Part shown: positions 54,685 to 64,000 of the stretch, piece by piece
Numbering within the stretch: position 1 is the first letter of the stretch
Layout of the letters: the number at the start of each line of letters is the position of its first letter
Translations under genes and position numbers: made by a program
Assembly: GCA_009914755.4 (NCBI GenBank)
Contig: CP068257.2
Span: forward strand, 44,352,001-44,416,000
Source: the human T2T-CHM13v2.0 reference genome, Homo sapiens
Length of the DNA: 64,000 nucleotides
Direction: 5' to 3'
Notes under the pieces: model-generated
What the model was told of the DNA's origin: nothing
The model's input: the letters and a program-made list of their open reading frames with translations, nothing else
Database searches by the model: none

Positions 54685-56362
54685 AGGTATGGCTTTTATC
54701 TAATGCAATTTATATAAACTAAAACCCACAATATTTCTAAAGGAATCATATCAACTTTATCTAAAAGGAACAGAGACGATACCAACTTACAAGAAGTCTT
54801 TGGGCCCCTGCACTTCTACAAGAAGGAAGTAGATAAAACAACAACAAACCTCAGCTGCAAACACTGGTCATTTCTTATGAAAGATAAAAGATGACTCCGA
54901 GGGTCACAGAAGCACTCAGAGAACAGAGCTGTGGCACGTGTCAGTACCTCACTTCCGGCTGTGGGTGAGTAACAGTTTACTCTGCGGCTACACCACATCG
55001 CGTTCGTCCATTCACCAATCGATGGGCACCTATCAGCTGAGTGATGCTGCTGTGCCTTTGTGTGAGCGTGTGGTGGTTGTTTTCAGTTCTCTTGGCCTGG
55101 GCCTAGGAGAGGAAGAGCTGGGTGTCCTTTAGCGCAGCTGTCTTGGTGAACGCGAAGCAGTACCTCACTGTGGTGTTTCCTGACATTTCCCTGACGTCTA
55201 ACAACGTCGAAGACGTTTCCACATGTGGATTAGCAGTTTGTAAGTCTTCTTTGGAGCAGTGTCTCGCCGAGTCCTTTGTTCACTTCTAAAGTGGGTTCTT
55301 GGTCTTCTTATTACAGGGTTGTAGCAATTCTTCATATATCCTGGATTATAGACTGTTATGACATATGTGATTTGCAAATGTTTTTCCTATTTTGTGAGTT
55401 ATATTTTAATTTTCTCAAGTGCCTTCAGAAGGACAGAATGTTTGATTTTTACGAAGCCTGATTTATCTTTTTTTTTTTTTTTTGTAGCTTGTGCTTTTGA
55501 TGTCATTGCTAATGAACCATTACCTAATCCAAGGTCCTGATGATGGCTGCCTCTGTGTTTTCTATGAGGTTTAGGTCATTGATTCATCTAAGTTAATTTC
55601 TGCATCTGGTGTGAGGTGGAACATAAATCCATGCTTTTGCACATGACTATGCAGTTGACCCCCCACCGTTTGTCAAATAGACTTTCTCTCCCATTGAATG
55701 TGCATCACCCTTGCTGAAAATCAACGGACTACAAGTGTGAAGGTTTGTCTCTGGACCCTACTCTGTTCCGTTTTTCCGTGTGTCCGTCCTTAAGCCAGCA
55801 CCATGCCACCCTGATTACTGTGGCTTTGAAACTGGGACGTGTGAGTGACCCAAATTGGTTCTTACTTTTCCAGATGGTTTTGACAATGCTGCGTTCCTTG
55901 AATTTCCAACAGTGGGATCATACTTCACAATGAGATTTGGAGGAGACACACATCCACCACATAGCTTAGGAGAAGGGGCTGCAAGCCACGGACACAGGCA
56001 GAAGCTGGGCTCGGAGCTGGAGCTGGAAAAGGCGAGGACAGGGGTTCTCCCTGGAGCCCCAGGAGGGGATGGAGCCTGTAGGCACTTTGGTTTTAGTCCA
56101 GTGAGACCCACGTGGACTTTCATTGCAATGTAAACTAATAGATTTGTGTTGTCTTAGCTTTTATATTTACTTCCTAACTTCTTTTGGATAACAAAGAGGT
56201 TATCCAAAAGATCCATAACCATCTGAAAAGTGCTTAAAACCATTAGTTATCAGGAAAATATACATTTAAAATTACAACGAGTTACCACTACACACTCACC
56301 AAAATGTTCAAAATTAAACCATCAGTACAAGCGTTGGAAGCATACAGAACCACCAAACACCG

Positions 56363-56925
56363 GGCTTGGGAGGGGGCAGCTGACACACCCAGTCCCGGGC
56401 CTCGGAGAGGGCGGCTGACACCCCCAGTCCCGGGCCTCGGAGGGGGCGGCTGACACCCCCAGTCCCGGGCCTCGGAGGGGGCGGCTGACACCCCCAGTCC
56501 CGGGCCTCGGAGGGGGCGGCTGACACCCCCAGTCCCGGGCCTCGGAGGGGGCGGCTGACACCCCCAGTCCCGGGCCTCGGAGGGGGCGGCTGACACCCCC
56601 AGTCCCGGGCCTCGGAGGGGGCGGCTGACACCCCCAGTCCCGGGCCTCGGAGGGGGCGGCTGACACCCCCAGTCCCGGGCCTCGGAGGGGGCGGCTGACA
56701 CCCCCAGTCCCGGGCCTCGGAGGGGGCGGCTGACACCCCCAGTCCCGGGCCTCGGAGGGGGCGGCTGACACCCCCAGTCCCGGGCCTCGGAGGGGGCGGC
56801 TGACACCCCCAGTCCCGGGCCTCGGAGGGGGCGGCTGACACCCCCAGTCCCGGGCCTCGGAGGGGGCGGCTGACACCCCCAGTCCCGGGCCTCGGAGGGG
56901 GCGGCTGACACCCCCAGTCCCTTTG
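56363..56925. repeat. Minisatellite, ~16 copies of the 35-bp unit CCCCCAGTCCCGGGCCTCGGAGGGGGCGGCTGACA
   Basis: Near-perfect tandem copies. It generates 175-213 aa pseudo-ORFs on the minus strand. Confidence 0.92.
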
Positions 56926-57239
56926 GCAAACCGCTTCGCAGTATCCACTGACGCTAAGTACCCCTCTGACGATGACGCAGTCCCATGTCTAGGTATTTAT
57001 GCAACAGAAACCTGTGCTTGGGTCACATGAGGACCCGTCACGAGTGTTCAGAGCAGCCTGAACCTGACAGCAGCCACCAGAGCTGGACCGACCGGCGGTG
57101 CTGCAGCCGCGGACCACTCCTCCACAATAAAAGCACTGTGAGGCTCACGTGGTGTCGATGAACATGGAGAATCCAGACACAAAACAGTGCCTGCGGTGCC
57201 GTCCGTCGACATCAGCTCTGAGACGGGCAAGGCCTAGTC

Positions 57240-57605
57240 CAGGAGGCAGCACGGGGTGCGGGGGGGGACCCACAGAGAGGCAGCACGGGGTCCAGGAGGC
57301 AGCACGGGGTGTGGGGGGTACCCAACGCGGAGGCACCACGGGGTGCCGGGGGGGACCCAACGCGGAGGCAGCACGGGGTGTGGGGGGGACCCAACGCGGA
57401 GGCAGCACGGGGTGTGGGGGGGACCCAACGCGGAGGCAGCACGCGGTGCCGGGGGGACCCACATGGAGGCAGCACGGGATGCCGGGGGGACCCACATGGA
57501 GGCAGCACGCGGTGCCGGGGGGACCCACATGGAGGCAGCACGGGGTGCCGGGGGGACCCACATGGAGGCAGCACGCGGTGCCGGGGGGACCCAACGCGGA
57601 GCGGA
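57240..57605. repeat. Minisatellite, ~11 copies of the ~33-35-bp unit GACCCAACGCGGAGGCAGCACGGGGTGTGGGGGG
   Basis: ggacccaacgcggaggcagcacggggtgtggggggg... with the variants acatggaggcagcacgcggtgccgggggg. Confidence 0.88.
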
Positions 57606-57914
57606 CTCGCAGGGCCTGTGCTTTTTCCTTTGGAAATGAGATCTCGGTTTTAAAATAGTCACAGATATCCACTAAGAATTCATTCCCTTGAAGTCCAGTA
57701 ACTCCTGTTAGGGATATTTATCAACAAGCCAGCGTGGAATGTAAATATTTACTCAATCTCTGGAAGCCGTGTAATCACCAGGTGTTTGTAAGGATTCCCA
57801 CTGACGGGAGATTAGAAGGGACTTTGGTTCGATTCTCTGTGCCAGGGATGACCCTGAAGAGGCCCCTGAGGAAGCGAAACCCTCCCCTGCCCAGCTGCAG
57901 AAGGATCGCGCCGC

Positions 57915-58640
57915 CGGGTCTCCTGCGGTGTGGACGGGCCTCTCCAGTGTGTGCCAGCCTCCAATACCCCCGCGTCACCTGCGGTGTGGACGGGCCTCTC
58001 CAGTGTGTGCCAGCCTCCAATACCCCCGCGTCACCTGCGGTGTGGACGGGCCTCTCCAGTGTGTGCCAGCCTCCAATACCCCCGCGTCACCTGCGGTGTG
58101 GACGGGCCTCTCCAGTGTGTGCCAGCCTCCAATACCCCCATGTCTCCTGCGGTGTGGACGGGCCTCTCCAGTGTGTACCAGCCTCCAATACCCCCGCGTC
58201 ACCTGCGGTGTGGACGGGCCTCTCCAGTGTGTGCCAGCCTCCAATACCCCCGCGTCACCTGCGGTGTGGACGGGCCTCTCCAGTGTGTGCCAGCCTCCAA
58301 TACCCCCATGTCTCCTGCGGTGTGGACGGGCCTCTCCAGTGTGTACCAGCCTCCAATACCCCCGCGTCACCTGCAGTATGGATGGGCCTCTCCAGTGTGT
58401 GCCAGCCTCCAATACCCCTGTGTCACCTGCGGTGTGGACGGGCCTCTCCAGTGTGTGCCAGCCTCCAATACCCCCATGTCTCCTGCGGTGTGGACGGGCC
58501 TCTCCAGTGTCTGCCAGCCTCCAATACCCCCGCGTCACCTGCGGTGTGGACGGGCCTCTCCAGTGTGTGCCAGCCTCCAATACCCCCGCGTCACCTGCGG
58601 TGTGGACGGGCCTCTCCAGTGTGTGCCAGCCTCCAATACA
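57915..58640. repeat. Minisatellite, ~13 copies of the 56-bp unit TCACCTGCGGTGTGGACGGGCCTCTCCAGTGTGTGCCAGCCTCCAATACCCCCGCG
   Basis: Period measured between successive tcacctgcgg occurrences (57975, 58031, ...). Units alternate between the variants ...cccgcgtcacc... and ...cccatgtctcc... Confidence 0.9.
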
Positions 58641-61600
58641 GTCTTGTCCTTCAACGAGGTCTTAGGGACAAGGTACAGGGGCAATTATCTTGCATTCACA
58701 GCAACAAATAAGTCAGTATGATGAACTTTCTACTGTGGTCAGCTGGAAAATTTCATCCTTGTCAGCGGGCACACAAAGACCTTCCTTAGTTCCCAGTTAA
58801 AAAGAAAAGGAAAAACAGGAACTGTCGGCCCGGGTGTGTGCATGTAGCCCAGGGGCCCCACAAAGACTGACCCGGCTTCCATCCCTGAGGCCCCGCAGAG
58901 ACTGTCCCGGCTTCCATCCTGAGGCCCGCAGAGCACTAGGCTGGGGGTGCGCCTGGGCAGGAGGCTGCACGGCAAAGGCACGGGGTGTGCCATGGAGTTT
59001 CCCCGGGAGCCGCAGCCCTGCCCACTCTACAGGGCCCCCGGGAAGTGACTGCCTTGCCAGACAACGGAATCCAGGGCCCAGCCACGGACAATCAGGGGAA
59101 GGCGTGGAGGGAGCGAGGAGAGACGGGAGCCGGGCATTGGAGGGATTACCAGGTTTGGGGTCCTGCAGGCAGAATTCAGGCGGCGGGGTGGGGACGCATC
59201 GCCCCCATAGTGAGCAGGGTCCATGCAGTGCAGCCCAACGGGGGCTTTGTCCTAAGGACTGTGGGCAGCTGCTGAGGGCGTTTGGGAACACCCCTCCCGG
59301 AGGGGTGAGGCGGCCCAGCCTGCGGCTGCCAGAGGACACAGGTTCTGCTGCGGAACCTGCAGACATGGCCATAACAGGCCACAGTGCTCGGGCCCACACA
59401 GCCTGGACCCACATGGCCCTGTGTCACCTCCTCAGGGGCAGGCTTCAGGGCCTCGACCCTAGAGGCTGCCCCTCGGTTCTGCTCCATGGACGGCGCAGGC
59501 AGGCCCAGGCCTGTGACGAGTTCACGGAAGCTCCAGGATGACCCCCGCTCTGCGCCCTCCTCCAGCATTCCAGACCACAAACCACTCTGGGCTAAAACGA
59601 GGCATCGCCAGAGCATCCCACTTCCTCGGAAAGCTGCGGTCTGGGGACGCGTCTTGGCCCTGAAGAGGCTCCAGATGGCTCCCATCAGGCCTCTCCGCCT
59701 ACGTGCGGCCGACATGGAGTGACAGAGCGTCGGGGACACAGAATTCAGAGCTGGGCCTGGGGCTGCTTTGAGATACTGATGGCTGCCAGGGGGCACAGAG
59801 ACCCGTCCTGCAGACAGGGCTGTGAGGGCCACAGGGGGCCTCGGGGAGAGGCAGTGGGAGGGAGGACAGTGGGGGCCTCCAGCTGGGTGAGCAGCTGGAG
59901 CGAGGGGGGCCCGGGGCTTGTGATGGTGCTGCCGACCCTAGAGGTGCCGGCCCCACGATGGAGAGCACGTAGTGCCCCCCGGGAGTCAGGAGGCCGGGCC
60001 TGACCTCGGGGGCTGCAGCCAGGGGAGGCCGGCACCCCAGATAACCCCCAAAGAACTGCAGGCCCTGAGGCGAGGCCAGAGTGGGGGCGGGGGCAGGTCC
60101 CAGCCGAGGAGGTGCTCCGTGCTGCCTCAGCAGAACCCATGATGGGCTGGCCCAAGGCTCTGAAGGTGGAAAGGCCTCACACATTCTGCCCCGGCTGACG
60201 CCTTCCTTGGGCCAGTGCTCGGGGGTGTGTAACAAACGCCAAGACGCATTGTAAAGAAGGAAGCCTGCGTTTCCATCACCGGCTTAATATCAAACAAAAG
60301 TGCAATTTTGAAAATGTAGTCCAAGGTTTTCTGTGGTGCGGAAATGGCCAGGCCAGACCTCCGTGGGTGGTCCTTCGTGTCCACGTCAGCGCCCTACATC
60401 CACACTGTGGGCACCATGACCTCACATGCGGAGCGGAGCAGGGCCGGCGCCCGGAGAGCCAGGCTGGTCACGAACGAGGCCTAGAGGGCGTCAGGCCCCA
60501 AAGCACTCACAGGCTTCTCCTCTGTCCTCGGGGCCTTCAGACACCTGCATGCGCCGATTCAGACACCCGCGCGCGCCGATTCCCCTGGCCATGGGGTTTC
60601 CAAAGTGTGTGCTCAGAGGACAGTTTCCTCCAGGATGACCTGTCAGTGGCTCTCTGTGCCGGGGACGTCGCGTGCTGGGTCCCGGTCTGAATGCTTCCTA
60701 ACGATTTACCCAGTTCCTTTTCTCCACTCAGGAGGCGTTTGCTGAGAGGCACAGGCTGAGCCCCCGTGCTGATGCCACGACCGAGGGAACGGGTCTCCCT
60801 GTCGGCGTGAACTGACCCGGCCAGGCGTCCACTGCCACTCGGACTGTCTCCCAGGCACGTGGCGCCCACACGGGCAGAACACGCCCTCCACACACGCGGC
60901 TTCGGGCAGAACACGAGGCGCCCTCCACACACGCGGCTTCGGGGCTTGTCATGAAAAAAGCTGAATGCTGGGGGTGCAGCTTTCACCAACAGAATCCCGT
61001 TTGGAAGGGACGCGGTGAGACATGATCCACCCTAAGTTGTGATCCTGGGTGAGCCGCCGTCCACACCCTGCTGAGGGTCCCTTCACCCACTTTATTCTCC
61101 AGAAAACCCTGCCCATCAGGGCTGAGTCCCACGCCTTCCCTCTCCGTCCAGGCCTGGCTTTGACCTCTGGGGTCGTGTGGGGCACAGGGGACACCCTATC
61201 CAGGCAGAGGCCCTACGGCTATCTGGAGGAAGTGGTGGGAGCTGGGCTTCTGCCTGGAGGATGCACCCAGAGGGGTCACAGTCCACACAGAGACACACGG
61301 GTGCCTTCCAGATGGCTGAGCCAGTCCAGCCCAGAAGGGCCTGGGGGTTGGGGGCTGCACCTGGCCTGTCCCCACCAGCAGGGCTCAGGGCTTCCCAAGG
61401 TGTGTGGGGGACGGGGCAGCACCTCTCAACCAGGTCACCTGAAACCCGAACTGAAAGGCATCCTAAGTTAAGACATTAACTCCCATTGTCAAGGTGCCAT
61501 CGTCAATTCTGTCTCCAAATCCTTCTTTGTTATTTCATGTATTCACAGAGTGACGCTCCGTGTTTCGTTCAGCCTGCAGGCCTGCAGAAGCTGCATCTCG

Positions 61601-62360
61601 GGATGGCCAAGAGCCCGGCCAGGCCCCACGGCTGCACCCAGGACGGGATTCATGCCCCATGCCTGGCTTCTCACGACCACAGAGTGCCTTTCCCGGGACT
61701 GGATGGAGGCAGAGTGAGAGAAGAGCCTGGAGCAAGTGTTTTGGACCACAGTGATCAAACACGGAGCCCGTGGGAGGACGTGGGAGGACGTGCGGGGCTT
61801 TGCCGGGCGAGCCCGATGCTGCTCACGGCACCTGGAGTGTTCGGGCCGCTATTTGGGCGGTGTTCTGAGCAGCCGTCAGACCTTGAGTTTTGCTGTCAAA
61901 AGCTCTTCTCTCCTGCCCCGAAATATACCCAGTCCATGCCCCAAGAGGAAAGGCCTTTGTGCCAGGTGGGCACCCGGCTGCCTCTTGGCAAAGACTTGTT
62001 GGAAAAATGAGTGAGTGACGAGGCTGCTGGTCAGCGTGTGGCCTGTGGCGTCACTGGGGCCTCTGGCGGCTGCTGGAACCAGAAGAGGAGCCTGCGCTGC
62101 AACCCAGGCCGCACCACATCAGGGTCTCACTGGGAGCCGGAGAGCTTGTTCCCAGGCAACCCTGAAACAGAGAAGTGTCCTTGGAGGCTTCACCCACGCA
62201 GACCCACGGCTTCCTGGTAGAAGCCGTCTGCACCCCCGCACTGACCTGGCTCTGTGAGGAGAGCGGGGAGGGGCTCCAGGGAAACATCCTGGCGTTGGCG
62301 TAGCCAGCCTGTGAGTCACGGGGAAGCCGGCTGCCCGGATGCCCCCCAAGGACCCGGTGA

Positions 62361-62901
<541 letters not shown>

Positions 62902-63139
62902 TAAACTTACAATTAAATACATTAAGTTAAATACCATGGTCACAAAGGTGCCTTCTGCCTCTGCATCTGCGCGGTGGAAACACCACTGCAGCGTTCAGGA
63001 GCTTCCTGAGGTGGTGTGTTCCCAGCTGGAATCAGCACTCGCGACGAATCCCAGGTGCTCTTCCTCAGGGCCAGTGGGTAAACAGTTACCAGCATGGTAG
63101 GCCTCACCACACCCCACCGCTGCCACCCGCGAGCCAGCC

Positions 63140-63300
63140 ACGTCCCGCCCTCCACCCTCCCTCCAGCCCTTCCCAGGACCCTCTGCGTGTCCCTGGTCCT
63201 CGCGGCCTGCATCTGAGCGAGGCCCCCTCCATCCTCCCTCCAGCCTCTCCCAGGACCCTCTGCATGTCCCTGGTCCCCGTGGCCTGCATCTGAGCGAGTC
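63140..63300. repeat. ~79-bp direct tandem duplication (2 copies)
   Basis: ccctccctccagcccttcccaggaccctctgcgtgtccctggtcctcgcggcctgcatctgagcgag and ccctccctccagcctctcccaggaccctctgcatgtccctggtccccgtggcctgcatctgagcgag. Confidence 0.8.
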
Positions 63301-64000
63301 TCCCGGGGGCTGCACAGCTGTCCCTGGGCCTTCAGCTTCTGACCGTCTCTTTGCTGCAGCTGGAGCCCTTTCTTGGGCACCTGCGCACACTCAGGGCTTC
63401 CACCCCAGATCTGGCGTCCCCCAGAGCAGCTCTGTCTTTGAAATCTTCTCCTTGGGGTGTCCTCTGTGAACACCCTCACTTCACCTCTGGCACCAGGGCC
63501 GCTGAGTGACCAACCTCTCCTCCTGGGGGTTCAGCTCCCTCTGGTTTCAGTCCCTCCCCACCCAGCGGGGACACGGCCACTCACTTCCAGGTGGGCTCCC
63601 CAGCCGAGGTCAGTCCCCAGGCCAGGGAAGACAGGCTGGGCGCAGGGACCAGGGGGGCCTGTGGGGGATCGTGGCAGGGAACGATGGCACTGCGGCCGCA
63701 CCGTCAAAGCCCACAGGCCTTCTTCTCCATCATAGGTGGGCCGTTCAGCTGCGGCTGGGGTCCCAGGGCCTCCGAGATCCCTCTTTTCCATTCCCCACAG
63801 CATGGGCTCTGAGCCTTCCTCCTCCCACGCCTGTTTCCACCCCAGCCCAGCTCCCTTGTTCTCAGCAGAGGGCCATGAACTGTGAGCCTCTCTTGTGTGT
63901 TTGAGGGTGCCATGTGGTGGGACTTGGCTGTGTCCCCAGCCAGTCTCTCCGGGAATTGTAATCATCCCCACACGTCAAGGGCGGGGCCAGGTGGAGATAA

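Overview
This window is human genomic DNA, not a prokaryotic or phage locus. It contains the complete collagen type VI alpha-1 chain gene (COL6A1, chr21q22.3) on the + strand, from the ATG at 4317 to the stop codon at 27433-27435. I resolved 35 coding exons by reading splice acceptor (AG) and donor (GT) sites and checking that the frame stays continuous across every junction. The joined CDS is 3087 nt, i.e. 1028 aa plus stop. It encodes a signal peptide, an N-terminal VWA domain, a 336-residue Gly-X-Y triple helix carried by 20 short exons (exons 8-27), a cysteine-rich linker (including a 9-nt micro-exon), and two C-terminal VWA domains. An AATAAA polyA signal sits at 28451-28456. The first ~4.3 kb upstream holds two Alu elements, a ~700-bp purine-rich tract, a ~670-bp (TCTCTGTC)n tract, and a GC-box array immediately upstream of the ATG within a CpG-island-like promoter. 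The introns and 3'UTR carry several GC-rich minisatellites. Two of these are tandem duplications of an exon 3' end plus its splice donor (after exon 13, and exon 33 into intron 33). The 36 kb downstream of the gene has no supportable protein-coding gene. It consists of Alu, L1 and MaLR-LTR fragments plus a dense series of GC-rich minisatellites, the pattern typical of distal/subtelomeric 21q. All long ORFs in the six-frame track outside the COL6A1 exons fall inside low-complexity or tandem-repeat DNA and are artefacts. I found no CRISPR array, defence system or other prokaryotic-style system. The previously undescribed system suggested by the prompt is not present.
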